Positions 37,160-49,314 of a DNA stretch of 64,000 nt are shown in pieces. Each line of letters starts with the position of its first letter. The stretch's first letter is position 1. The stretch spans positions 147,252,001 through 147,316,000 of the forward strand of contig CM059432.1 in NCBI GenBank assembly GCA_030390025.1. The letters are read 5' to 3'. Made by a program: the position numbers and the translations under genes. The DNA comes from Squalus acanthias (lineage: Eukaryota). The notes below the pieces were generated by a model that saw only the letters and a program-made list of their open reading frames with translations, ran no database searches and was not told where the DNA came from.

Positions 37160-38070
37160 TGACTAGAATGGGCATATATTCCAGAAGAATGAGATGTTAT
37201 CTCATTGAAATGTATGCAATTCTTAGAGGGCTTGACAGGGTAGATGCTGAGAGGTTGTTTCTCCTGGCTGGAAAGTCTGGAACTAGGGGTCACAGTCTCA
37301 GGATAAGGGGTCGGCCATTTAGGACTGAGATGAGGAGGAATTTCTTCACTCAGAGGGTTGTGAATCTTTGGAATTCTCTGTCCCAGAGAGCTGTGGATGT
37401 TCAGTCGATGAATATATTCAAGACTGAGATCAATAGATTTGAATAAGGGATGTAGGGCTAGGGCGAGAGAGTGGAGTTCAGGTAGAAGTTCAGCCGTACT
37501 ACTACTTCCTTATGACGGGAAAAGCTTATTATGGGATGTCTAGTTTGGCTCTCCATTCGATGGCCTCCTGAGATGCTGAGTGGAGAAATGAGGTGCCTCC
37601 CGCAACAGATCTCAGTGGGCAGGTTGATGTGATGTGTTCCATGGTCCGGGACTCATGGCCACAGTTGCATGTTGGGTTGTCCCTCATCCTCCACTGGTGG
37701 AGCAGGTGGCCACATCATCTCTGCCCTGTGTGGATTCGGAGAGCTGAATTGATTGAATGGCGGAGCAGGCTCGAGGGGCAGTATGGCCTCCTCCTGCTTC
37801 TATTTCTAATGTTCTTATAGTCTCAGGATAAGTGGTTGGCCATTTAGGACTGAGATGAGAAAATTCTTCACTACCCCAGTGGGCTGTGGATGCCCAGTCA
37901 TTGAGTACATTCACAACTGAGATCGAGAGATTTTTGGGCACCAGGGGATTCAAGGGATATGGGGATAGGGCGGGAAAGCGCAGTTGATGTAGAAGTTCAG
38001 CCATGATCTTATCGAATAGCAGAGCAGGTTCGAGGGGCCGTGTGGTCTACTCCTGCTCCTATTTCTCAAG
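37160..38070 (+). mobile_element. Tandem CR1 3' fragments
   Basis: TRGHSLRIRGRPFRTEMRRNFFTQRVVNLWNSL; two 3'UTRs. Confidence 0.85.
37496..37740 (-). mobile_element. 3' end of a non-CR1 LINE with a CCHC knuckle (Ingi/Vingi-like)
   Basis: Manual translation RIHTGQR*CGHLLHQWRMRDNPTCNCGHESRTMEHITSTCPLRSVAGG...EAIEW...LDIP*, then a short (GTA)n tail; clade assigned from memory. Confidence 0.6.
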
Positions 38071-38698
38071 CATAATATAGTAAATGTTCTGAGTGATTAC
38101 ATCTCACTAGGGAAGATATGAGCAAACAGAGTTAATCAAAGTAGAATTAATAACTTTGATATAATTAGATCCAAGTCCTGGACAGTAAAAAATAACTTCC
38201 CAGTGATAGATATTTATCCCAGAATGCTGTGACACTAGCGTGGTGATTTGTGAGGCAGTGACAATCATGAGGTACCAGTAGATTGGAAATAGGTTAATAT
38301 GGTGGAAATATTCAAAGAAATGGGACAAAATGGACATGGGCTATTACAGACCCATTGCTTTAATTCTGTGTACATAACAGAATCGGTTATCAGAAATAAA
38401 CTTGATTATAAGAATAGGATAGATAGATGGCTTAGGGAAAAGGGGATAACGATATGAGAACTGGGTGGACACACGAGATTAGGACTACTGTTTGTGTGGA
38501 TTACAAACACCAACACAATCTGATTGAGCAAACAGCCTGTTTATGTATTGCTATTTCAATGTATTTCTTTGTAATATGTATAACCGTAACCTGGTAAACA
38601 GCAGTCAACATGACTTTAGATGGGGAAGATCGTGCCTAGTCAACCTCCTAGACTTCTTTGAGGAAGGGACCATCCAAGTGGACAGTGAGAAACTCTAT

Positions 38699-40866
38699 GG
38701 CTGTGATTTTGCCCACCTCGGCGGGTCCATGGAGGGTCCCGACCCCGCTGCTGTCTCCATCCCAGCCTCTGAAATTATTTTCCCCTGATTGGGCTTGTTA
38801 AGCCCGCCCAGCGAGTTTCCTGGCTAATTAGACAAAGCGGGTCAGGTGACGTCATTTGATGACACGTCATCAGCCGGTTTCCTTAAAGGGACCATGGCCA
38901 ACTTTATTTTGATGCTTGTGCTGTCAATGTTCTACAGCATTGAGGTGCTGCAAACACTGACAATCACTGCAGAGGTGCATGGCTACACCCAGGCTCTCCC
39001 TCCATATGCTTATGGAGGGAGTCACAGCACACAGGGAGGTCCTCTTCCTGAGGCAGAAGAGACTTCCCCAGGAGATCAACACAGCCTGGTTGCACATTGC
39101 ACAGGAGGACACAAGCAGGGATGTGGTCAGGAGGACCAGGGTGCAATGTGGCAAACGTTTCAATGATCTCAGTCGGTCATGAAACGTTAGAACAAAGCCA
39201 CACTCAACCTCATCCTGCTGTGCCTCTCATCACATCCCCATCACTCTGCCTTCCCTACCCTACTCCTGCACATCCTTACTCACACCAACTTACCTTGGAC
39301 CTCCACCCATCCCTCTCTATCTACATTATCACATCCCCATCTCACTAGCTACTCGGTGTTTTATCCAATGCTCATGTGATGTTTCTGTTAATGTGCTGTC
39401 AAACATTGAAACCTTTATTTTCAACACTTTGCATTCTTGGACAGATTTGTGTGCACCTTTGGAAGTGGCTTAGTGAGTTGCAGTGAATGTGATGTGGAGA
39501 TGCCGGTGTTGGACTGGGGTGGCCAAATGTGAGAAGTCGCACAACACCAGGTTATAGTCCAACAGCTTTATTTGAAATCACAAGCTTTCAGAGCGCTGCT
39601 CCTTTGTCAGGTGAAGTGAAGAGATGCATATAGGCACAGCATATATAGTCAGAGAACACTGCCAGATGATTACAGTTAATCTTTCTAACTGCCCTTTATC
39701 ACACCTCGGCAGAGAGATAATCACGGCAATCAAAGGTGTGGATGGTGTCCAAACAGGTCAGTCAGGAAAACATTACATCAAAGACAATGAGGTGGGGGTC
39801 ACAAGGGGTCAAATGTGGCAGATGCTGGGGTCTGTATGGAAAACAAAAAACTTTTTTTGCTGGAAATCACAGCAGGTCCGGCCGCATCTGTGTAGAGAGA
39901 ACAAGCCAACGACGACTCGAGTCTGGATGACTCTACGTCAGGTGGGGTTACATGTAGCGTGACATGAACCCAAGATCCCGGTTGAGACATAACGGTACTC
40001 GCTGCAATGGTCAGGTGTGTGAAAGGAATGGCTTGGGCATTGGAGGGTGCTTTATGGTGTTGGTGAGGGATTGTGTCAACCTGGCGCACCATCTGGCAGC
40101 CAGGGTGTACAGCGTCAAGAGAAGTAAATCTAGCCATGGTGAGGCCATCCCTGGCCTCCCGGGCAGCAATGTGCTCGGGTGCTGATGCCCTGTGTCCTGT
40201 GCAGCATCAGTTGATTGTGGAGAAGGTTGGTGTTGTTGTTGGTGCTGCTGGTGTGCCTGGTGCTGCTGGTGTTGGGGCTGATCGAGGTGGGATTCTGAGG
40301 ACCAAGGTGAGAGAGTATAAAGGGCACCCATGCTGATGGAATAGATGGCAGGTGAAGTAGAGATGACAGAAGCGATCTGTCAATGGTAAGAGAGGTAATG
40401 AGGTCAGACTGGATGGAGACTTGTGCAAAGACTTGCAGCATGGTGAATCTGTTGTGGAAATGCAGTGAGGAAGAGCTTGTGGCTGGGGGAAGATATCTCT
40501 GTAAGGTGGGAGCAGTTACTGTACATTTGAAGCTGTCAACTCAACAGCTGATTCAATGGCCACTGACCTCCCACCTCAGCTTAACAGACGTGGTCCCCGA
40601 GCAGCGAGGACCCCGTGGGTGAGCACGTAAAATCAAAAGGTGAGCTCAAATGTGTTCTTAATGATCTCTTAACAAGGTCATAATGACCTGAATTGGGCCC
40701 CTCGTCGCTGTGTGTCGGGTCTGCTCAGCACTGACAGACCCAACATCGGGGAAAGGCGCCTAGCGGCGGGTTCACAGCGGGGTCCTGACCCGCTGGGGAA
40801 AAGAAAACACTTTCCCACCCAACCCACCACTGATCGTGCCCGCTGACCCCCCGGAAAATCCAGCCC
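38699..40866. mobile_element. Non-autonomous Harbinger deletion derivative (family D) with Myb/SANT exon 1
   Basis: Ends GGCTGTGATTTT / AAAATCCAGCCC; PRLS...LMEGVTAHREVLF...AWLHIAQE...RTRVQCGKRFNDL; homologous to 53384-55440. Confidence 0.85.
39493..39985 (-). mobile_element. Penelope-like family B 3' end (endonuclease C-terminus plus pseudo-LTR)
   Basis: rc encodes LNRDLGFMSRYM*; degenerate hammerhead core at about 39577-39615; absent from the sister Harbinger copy at about 54675. Confidence 0.75.
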
Positions 40867-41679
40867 TTTGTTGTGGTGTACCTAGATTTTGAAAAGGCAT
40901 TTGACAAAGTTCCACATGAAAGGTTACAAAGATATGAGGATTCAGGATAAATCTCGGCAATAGAGAAGAAACTGACTCCAGGATGGTGCTTGTTAGAGAT
41001 GTTATGTCAGGGTGTGGGGAATTTCTGATTTATATACCCCAGGGCTCAATGTTACGACTGCTACTGGCCTCAAAATTCCAAAGTGGATTTCTAATGGATC
41101 TCTGAATCAGGGCTGGAAAATGAGCAGGTCTTGTTTCATACCATGATTGTTCTGTCCTACCATTTTCCAGCGGAGAGATGGTTGGCCAATTTTCTTCAAG
41201 GGACATATCTGAGACAGTTTCTGGGCTACCCCAGAATTCCAGCCAGCACGCCTCATACGGCCTGAGAGCTGGCGTGTCCCATTGAGACTTCTTGAAATAA
41301 TCCAGGCCTTAGTCAGACTAAGGTAATCAAAAGTAAGACAAGAGCACACCAGTTCACTCTAGTAAAACACAAATTTCAGGCTGATATCATACAAAGAGCT
41401 ATCAACACTTGCAATGGACTTCCAAACAGAATACTGGAAGCAAACACCCTGAAATCATTTAAGAAACAATTGGATGCTGCAATTGGGGGATTGTACAGTC
41501 TTTCTGAATGGATGAATTAAAATGATGGAATGGCTTTCTTCATCTGTAATTATCTTATGATTTGTCACAAGTTGAGGGTTGTTGACAGTCCAGTTCATCG
41601 AGACCCACTGATTTTTGGTGATGAACTCTTCGATCTTCATTAAAACTCATGGTCATCAGAATTGTCGAGGAAGGTTCGA

Positions 41680-42550
41680 CATGTGAGGAGGACACAAAGA
41701 GCCTGCAAAGGGATATAGACAGGTAAAGTGAGTGGGCAATAAGGTGGCAGATGGAGTATAATGTGGGGAAATGTGAGGTTATTCACTTTGGTAGGAATAA
41801 TAGAAAAACAGAATATTTTTTAAATGGTGAGAAACTATTAAATATTGGAGTTCAGAGAGATTTAGGTGTCCTCGTACAGGAAACGCAGAGAGTTAGCATG
41901 TAGGTACAGCAAGCAATTAGGAAGGCAAATGACATGTTGGCCTTTATTGCAAGGGGATTGGAGTACAAGAGTAAGGAAGTCCTGCTTCAATTGCACAGCA
42001 CTTTGGTGAGACCACACCTGGAGTACTGTGCACAGTTTTGGTCTCCTTATCTGAGGAAGGATATACTTGCCTTAGAGGTGGTGCAACGAAGGTTCACTGG
42101 ATTGATTGCTGGGATGAGAGGGCTGTCCTATGAGGAGAGATTGAGTAGAATGGGCCTATACTCTCTGGAGTTTAGAAGAATGAGAGGTGATCTCTGAGGA
42201 GGATTGACAGGATAGGTGTTATTTCCCCTGGCTGGAGAGTCTAGAACTAGGGGGCATAGTCTCAGGATAAGGGGTCGGCCATTTAAGACTGAGATGAGGA
42301 GGAATTTCTTCACTCAGAGGGTTGTGAATCTTTGGAATCTCTACTCCAAAGGGCTGTGGATGCTGAGTCATTGAGTATATTCAAGATAGAGATCGACAGA
42401 TTTTTGGATATTAAGGGAATCAAGGGATATGGAGATTGGGCGGGAAAGTGGAGTTGAGGTCGAAGATCAGCCATGATCTTATTGAATGGCGGAGCAGGCT
42501 CGAGGGGCCGTATGGCCGACTCCTGCTCCTAGTTCTTATGTTCTTATGAT
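41680..42550 (+). mobile_element. CR1 3' fragment
   Basis: MLAFIARGLEYKSKEV...LVRPHLEYCAQFWSP; (TTCTTATG)n tail. Confidence 0.95.
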
Positions 42551-42914
42551 ATTGTGATACAATTTGTGTACTTCTGCAGTCTCAGATCTTAGGGCTGGAA
42601 TTTCTCACTTTATGATAATAGAAATTATTATTTTACTTCCCGTTGTGAGTTTTGTTTTCTCAGAACCCTTGTATTCTAAATGTACCTACCCAGAATTTGT
42701 CACTTTCCTGTTTATGCACATTATTCCTCCAGTCTCAGTCCTGAGTTGTAACTCTCAGAACTGAAATTATGAACAGTTTGTTGTGTTCCCGAGGCTACCC
42801 GCTGAAATGTCATTGTAATCTATTACAGAGTGTCACATCTACTTTCATTTATGAGTTGTGTCTACTCAAAAACCTGAATAGTTTGTTATCCTGTCAATGT
42901 TTCAGAATAGGATA

Positions 42915-43175
42915 AACAGGAAGGAAAATAAACTGCTGATGCTGGAAACCTGAAACAAGAAGAGAAAATGCTAGAAACCCTGAGCAGGTCCGGGAGTGCG
43001 TGCGGAGAGAGCAAAGCAGTTGAGGTTTTGGGTGTGGACTTTTATCAACACTCAACATTTTTTTTGCAGCTTGCAGTCCTTGATACATGGGAGAAAAAAT
43101 AAATAGCAATGGTTCTGTTCTCTCCACAGACACTGCTGGACCTGCTGAATGTTTCCAGCATTTTCTGTTCTTGTC
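42915..43175. mobile_element. Old Penelope family A-like inverted pseudo-LTR remnant
   Basis: gaaaatgctagaaaccctgagcaggtcc...ggagaga versus tctctccacagacactgctggacctgctgaatgtttccagcattttc in inverted orientation. Confidence 0.55.
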
Positions 43176-43179
43176 TTTT

Positions 43180-43660
43180 GGATGTAGAAATTGGGCCTCA
43201 GCACGCCTGTTTTACAGGTGTAAAAATGGGTGCAACGAGAGCCAATTTCGGGGGCTAATGTGCTGCACCTAAATTACGCCTCAAAGACCACCAACCCGAT
43301 GTTGGGTCAGGCCAGTTTTTTAGGAGCTCCTGGCAATCGCCTAAAACAAGCATTATGCCCTTTGCAAATGTAAATGAGAGGCCCAACACCTCCAGAGATC
43401 CCATTGCTGAAATTGGATAGCGATGAGCGAAGCTGCAGCCGGCCCTGCTCTGCTCAGGATCCTTCAGAGGCTAGGATTTAAAAGTAAGGTAAAAAAAATT
43501 TGGTGCAGTAGTCGGCGTGCTCCCCTGGTGCCACTTTATTTGTGATGCCCCAGCCCACCCCCTGTTGCCGCGGCGTCCATCCTCCCAGGACTTTCCATCG
43601 GGCTGCTGCCGCCAAGGCGAGTGGCCCGACATTCATCTCCTTAAAATGACCCTTCAGCCA
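43180..43660. mobile_element. Probable Harbinger-type MITE fragment
   Basis: Starts GGATGTAGAAATTGG, resembling the shared TIR pattern; right end not found. Confidence 0.4.
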
Positions 43661-43699
43661 TTAGAAACAGTTGCTCTTTATTTACTCTATCTCATGATA

Positions 43700-44040
43700 T
43701 GAAATGCCTTTCGGATGAGACGTTAAACCGAGGCCTCTTGTCTGCGCTCTCTTGGTGGATGTAAAAGATCCCATGGCACTATTTCGAAGAAGAGCTGGGG
43801 AGTTATCCCCAGTGTCCTGGCCAATATTTATCCCTCAATCAACATAACAAGAACAGATTATCTGGCCATTATCTCATTGCTGTTTATGGGAGCTTGCTGT
43901 GCACAAATTGGCTGCCGCGTTTCCCACATTACAACAGTGACTCCACTTCAAAAAGTACTTCATTGGCTGTAAAGCGCTTTGAGACGTCCGGTGGTCGTGA
44001 GAGGCGCTATATAAATGCAAGTCTTTCTTTCTTTCTTTCT
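43700..44040 (+). mobile_element. DeuSINE (SacSINE1/AmnSINE1-like), 5'-truncated, with L2-like tail
   Basis: ctttcggatgagacgttaaaccgagg...gtaaaagatcccatggcactattt...gtgtcctggccaa...ttgctgtgcacaaattggctgccgcgttt...gtaaagcgctttg...gcgctatataaatgcaag(TCTT)n. Confidence 0.85.
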
Positions 44041-45090
44041 ATCAAATCTCCTCTTAGCCTTCTCTGCTCTAAGGAGAACAACCCCAGCTTCTCCAGTCTC
44101 TCCACATAACTGAATTCCCTCATCCCTGGAACCATTGTAGTAAATCTCCTCTGTACCCTCTCCAAAAGCCTTCACGTTTTTCCTAAAGTGTGGTGCCCAG
44201 AATTGGACACAAGACTCCAGCTGGGGCCGAACTATTGTTTTATAAAGGTTTAGCATAACTTCCTGACTGTTGTACTCTATGCCTCTGTTTATAAAAGTGA
44301 GAAGTCGCACAACACCAGGTTATAGTCCAACAGTTTTATTTGAAATCACAAGCTTTCGGAGCGCTGCTCCTTCTTCATCAGGTGAAGGAGCAGCAGCTCC
44401 GAAAGCTTGTGATTTCAAATAAAACTGTTGGACTATAACCTGGTGTTGTGTGACTTCTCACTTTTGTCCACGCCAGTCCAACACCGGCATCTCCGCATCT
44501 GTTTATAAAGCCCAGGATCCCATATGCTTTATTAATTGCTCTGTTAACCTGTCCTGCCACCTTCAAAGATTTGTGTACAAGCAGCCCCAGGTCTCTCTAT
44601 TCTTGCACCCCCTTATATATTGTACCATTTAGTGTGTACTGTCTCTCCTCATTCTTCCTACCAAAATGTATCACCTCACACTTTTCTGCGTTTAATTTCA
44701 TCTGCCATGTGTCTATTATTATCTTCCCCAGTGTTTACTATACTTCCAAGTTTTGTGTCATCTGCAAGTTTTGAAATGGTGCCCTGTACCCCCAAGTCCA
44801 ATCATTAATGTATATCATAAACAGCAGTGGTCCTAGTACTGAACCCTGGGGAACTCCAGTGTATACCTCCCTCCAGTCTGAAAAATAGTCATTCACCACA
44901 ACTCTCTGTTTTCTATCCCTTAGCCAATTTTATATCCTTGCTGCAACTCCCCTTTTATCCCATTGGCTTCATTTTTTCCAACAAGCCTAATATGTGGTAC
45001 TTTACCAAAAACCTATACACAACATCCACCCTCTCTGTTACCTCATCAAAAACTCAATCAAGTTGGTGAAGGACGATTTGCCCTCAACAA
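44041..45090 (-). mobile_element. CR1 RT fragment split by a Penelope fold-back
   Basis: AYGILGFINR | GIEYNSQEVMLNLYKTIVRPQLESCVQFWAP. Confidence 0.85.
44296..44497. mobile_element. Penelope-like family B fold-back pseudo-LTR insertion
   Basis: About 81-bp inverted arms; 12-bp TSD TCTGTTTATAAA; hammerhead core on the minus strand. Confidence 0.85.
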
Positions 45091-45584
45091 ATTTATTGAG
45101 GATTGATTAATGGACAGAAAAAAGAGAGTAGGAATAAACGGGTAATTTTCGGGTTGACTGGCTGTAACTAGTGGAGTACCACAAAGATCAGTGCTGGGGC
45201 CTCAGCTATTCACAATCTATATCAATGACTTAGATGAGGGGACTGAGTGTAATGTATCCAAGTTTGCTGACAATACAAAGCTAGGTGGGAAAGTAAGCTG
45301 TGAGGAGGACGCAAAGAGGCTGCAAAGGTTTATAGAAAGGTTAAGTGAGTGGGCAAGAATATAGCAGATGGAGTATAATGTGGAAAAGTGTGAAGTTTGG
45401 TAGGAAAAATAGAAAAGCAGCATATTTTTTAAATGGTGAGAAACTGGGAAATGTTGGTGTTCGGAGGGACCTGGGTGTCCTTGTACACCAATCAGGAAAG
45501 TTTACAAGCAGGTACAGCAAGCTATTAGGAAAGTAAATGGTATGTTAGCCTTTATTACAAAGGGACTGGATTATAAGAGTAAAA

Positions 45585-46475
45585 GGGGGAAAAATTCAGT
45601 TGGTTGCGTCTCCCGTTAGCGCCTTAAGAGGGCGCTAATGGGGCGCAAAGCATCTAGCGCCCAGGCGCGGCGATGTTTGCGCCACTCGCGAAATTAACTA
45701 GACATTTTGCGGCGGCGCTAAACACTACCGCCACGATCTCCTGTGCCGGCAGATCGTGACGTCAGTCGAGTGCGCAACACCCCGGTATCGCCCCGGAGCA
45801 GATATTGAGTGGCGCCCCCTACCTTACCGCCTGACGCTAGCAACGACAGGTTGTGGGGAGCGTTTTGCAGTCATGAAGGGACTGGGGGAGCGCTATTTAA
45901 AGGTGACCGCTTCCTGCCTTTTATTGTTGGTGCCATTTTTGAACTACGCATTCTGAGAGAGAGAGAGAGACTTCTGGAGAGATTCAACGCTGTGTTAAGG
46001 AGTTTTGGGTACTGAGCAGCACTTTGCAGGTTCATTTTGATTTGCCATTCCTTGTATCGATTTAGAAGAGACTGTGGGGGCTGCACTCTAAGCTCTTTCC
46101 CTGGTACTCTCCATTGTCCTTTCCAGCAGATTTGATGTGCAGGTCTCTCCAGGCCGGGATTCAAGGCTGCAATGAGCAGGATGTGGATGGAAAGCAAGAT
46201 CAACCATCCCCTTTAAGAACTGGCCGGTGCCATTGTGTGTGTGTTCCATTGCTGACTGACATCACATGAGCTTCGCCAGCGCTCTGAGGTAGCGCCTCGC
46301 TCCTCGGCCTTTGCGCCTTAAGACAGGTGTGAAGCGCCTGATTTAGCGCTCCAATCACCTCCAGGGGCGATAAAAGTCAAGTTTGCAGTCGGTGGCGATA
46401 ATTAGCGCCAGGCGCTAATCTTTGCGCCCGGCCGATAATTGCGCCCCAAATGGGCCGATACTGAATTTCTCCCCC
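45585..46475 (-). mobile_element. Harbinger-type MITE family A, copy 3
   Basis: TIRs GGGGGAAAAATTCAG / CTGAATTTCTCCCCC; closest to copy 1; TSD not clean. Confidence 0.9.
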
Positions 46476-46933
46476 TATAAGTATTACTACAATTATGTAG
46501 GGCCCTGGTGAGATCACACCTGGAAATATTTTGTACAGTTTTGGTCTCCTTACCTAAGGAAGGATATACTTGCCTTAAAGGGAGTGCAACGAAGGTTCAC
46601 CAGACTGATTCCTGGGATGGGGGGATTGTCCTATGAGGAGAGATTGAGTAGAATAGGCTTATATTCCCTCGAGTTTAGAAGAATGAGTGGTGATATAATT
46701 GAAATATATAAAATTCTTAAAGGGATGATGGGAAGATGTTTCCACTGGCTGGGGAGTCTTGACCGAGGGGTTACAGTCTCAGAATAAAGGGTCAGCCATT
46801 TAGGACTGTGATAAGGAGAAATTTCTTCACTCAAAAGAGTTATGAATCATTGGAATTCTCTACCCCAGAGAGCTATGGATGCGAAGTTGTTGACTATACT
46901 CAAGGCAGAAATCGATAGATTTTTGAATACTGA

Positions 46934-47175
46934 GGCCACGATTTTTCCTCTTGGTGCGGCTTGGGGGCGGGACAGCTGCCTTCCGGGTTCCAATCCCGCC
47001 CCCAACGACGTCTGACGCACAGACGCGATTTTGCATCAATTGGCCTTGTTAAGCCCGCCCTGTGGGTTTGCCGGCCAATTAAGAGAAAGCCGGTGTCAGA
47101 TGACGTCAATCTTTGCGATTTTGCCAGATGTCCCACCTCCAGACCCACCCCCTGAGCGCCGGCAAAATTCCAGCC
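46934..47175. mobile_element. Short MITE related to Harbinger family D
   Basis: Ends GGCCACGATTTT / AAAATTCCAGCC; shares cttgttaagcccgccc and ctgagcgccggcaaaat with 53384-55440. Confidence 0.75.
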
Positions 47176-47309
47176 AGAGGAAATCAAGGAATATGGGGAT
47201 TGTGTGGGAAAGTGGCGTTGAGGTAGAAGATCAACCACGATCTTATTGAATGGCGGAGGCGGCTTGAAGGGCCGAGTGGCCTACTTATGCTCCGATTTTT
47301 TATGTTCTT

Positions 47310-48195
47310 AGTTTCTCCCCTTTTTTGAACAAGGGTGTAGCATTTACAGTTCTCCAGTCCTTTGGCACCACCCCTGTATCTAAGGAGGATTGGAAGATTG
47401 TGGCCAGCACCTCTGCAATTTCTACCCTTACTTCCCTCAGCAACCGAGGATACATCCCATCCAGACCGGGTGACTTATCCACTTTAATTACCGCCAGCCT
47501 TTCTAGTACCTCCCCTTTATCTATTTTTATCTCATCCAGTACCCCAGCCACCTCCTCCTTTACCATAACTTTGGCAAAGTCCTCTTCCTTGGTAAATACC
47601 GATGCAAAGTACTCATTTAGTACTTCAGCCATGCCTTCTGCCTCCACCAATAGTTCTCCATTTTGGTCCCTAATCGGCCTCACTGCTCCTCTGACAACCC
47701 TTTTACTGTTAATATGCCTTTGGATTCCCTTTTATGTTAGCCGCCAATCTATTCTTGTACTGCCTTATTGCCCCTCTTATTTCCTTTTTCACTTCTACTC
47801 TATACGTTTTATACTCAGCTTGATTCTCCCTTATATTATCAAGTTTACATCTGTCATATGCCCCCTTTTTCTGCTTTATTCTACTCTCAAACTCCTTCGT
47901 CATCCAGGGAGCTCTGGCTCTGGTTGCCCTCCCTTTCCCCCTTGTGGGAATGTACCTAGACTGTACCCGAACCACCTCCTCTTTAAAGGCCACCCATTGC
48001 TCCATTACATTGTTGCCACCAGTCTTTGACTCCAATGTACCTGGGCCAGATCCCTCCTCAATTCGCTGAAATTAGCCCTCCTCCAGTTAAGTATTTTTAT
48101 TCTAGATTGCTCCTTGTCCTTTTCCATAACTAATCTAAACCTTATGACATTATGATCACTATTCCTGAGATGCTCTCCAACTGTGACATTCTCTA
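47310..48195 (-). mobile_element. CR1 ORF2 linker fragment
   Basis: NSDHNVIRF, APWMTKE, LNEYFASVFTKE, KSPGLDG. Confidence 0.9.
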
Positions 48196-48366
48196 CAAAA
48201 GCAAAAGACTGCAGGTGCTGGAAATCTGAAATAAAAACAGAAAATGCTGGAAACACTCAGCAGGTGAGGCACCATCAGTGGAGAGAGAAACAGAGCTAAC
48301 GGTTCAGGTCGATGACAAAGGTAGAGATAAAAATGAGAAGTCGCACAACACCAGGTTATAGTCCAA

Positions 48367-49259
48367 GGGGTAAAAATTCAGTTGCTTGCGCCTCCCGTTA
48401 GCGCCTTAAGAGGGCGCTAATGGGGCGCAAAGCCGCTAACGCCCGGGCGCAGCGATGTTTGCGCCGCTCGGGAACTTAACTAGAGATTGTGCGGCGGCGC
48501 TAAACTTTTCCGCTGCGACCACCTGCGCGCGCAGATTGTGATGTCATTCCATGGTGCAACGCCCTTGTGGCGCCCCGGAGCGGAAATTGAGTGGCGCCCC
48601 CTGCCTTACCGCCTGGCGCATCCAACGACCAGAAGACTGGAACGCTATCAATCGCTGTGCGGCTGGGGGGGGCGCTATTTAAAGGGGGCCTCTTCCTGTC
48701 TTTTATTGTTGGTGGCATTTTTGAACTACGCATTCTGAGAGAGAGAGGGAGAGACTTCTGGAGAGATTCAACATTGTGTGAAGGAGTTTTGGGTACTGAG
48801 CAGCACTTTGCAGGTTCATTTTGATTTGCCATTCCTTGTATCGATTTAGCAGAGACTGTGGGAGCTGCACTCTGAGCTCTTTGCCTGGTACTCTCCATTG
48901 TTCTTTCCAGCACATTTGATGTGCAAGTCTCTCCAGGCCGAGATTCAAGGCTGCAATGAACAGGATGTGGATGGAAAGCAAGATTAACCACCCCCTTTAA
49001 GAACTGGCCCGTGCCATTGTGTGTGTGTTCCATTGCTGACTGACATTACATGAGCTTCGCCAGCGCTCTGAGTTAGCTCCTCACTCCTTGGCCCTTGCGC
49101 CTTAAGACAGGTGTGCAGCACTTGATTTAGCGCTCCACTCACCTCCCGGGGCGGTAAAAGTGAAGTTTCCAGTCAGTGCCGATAATTAGCGCCAGGCGCT
49201 AATATTTGCGTCCAGACGATATTTGCGCCCCAAATGGGGCGCAACCTAATTTTTCCCCC
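48367..49259 (-). mobile_element. Harbinger-type MITE family A, copy 4
   Basis: TIRs as in copy 2, TSD CAA; nearly identical to 17127-18021. Confidence 0.9.
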
Positions 49260-49277
49260 CAATAGTTTTATTTGAAA

Positions 49278-49314
49278 TTACGAGCTTTCGGAGCGCTGCT
49301 CCTTCATCAGGTAC
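49278..49314 (-). ncRNA. Minimal type I hammerhead ribozyme motif (Penelope family B)
   Basis: rc: UAC-CUGAUGA-A-GGAG-CAGCG-CUCC-GAAA-GC-UC-GUA. Confidence 0.7.

Larger units (their letters stand above)
38100..41540 (+). mobile_element. Old CR1 RT, split by a Harbinger derivative
   Basis: SQHDFRWGRSCLVNLLDFFEE before 38698; resumes VVYLDFEKAFDKVPH at 40870. Confidence 0.7.
45095..47310 (+). mobile_element. CR1 RT/3' end with two nested Harbinger MITEs
   Basis: [40 protein letters not shown]; tail ttatgttctta. Confidence 0.9.
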
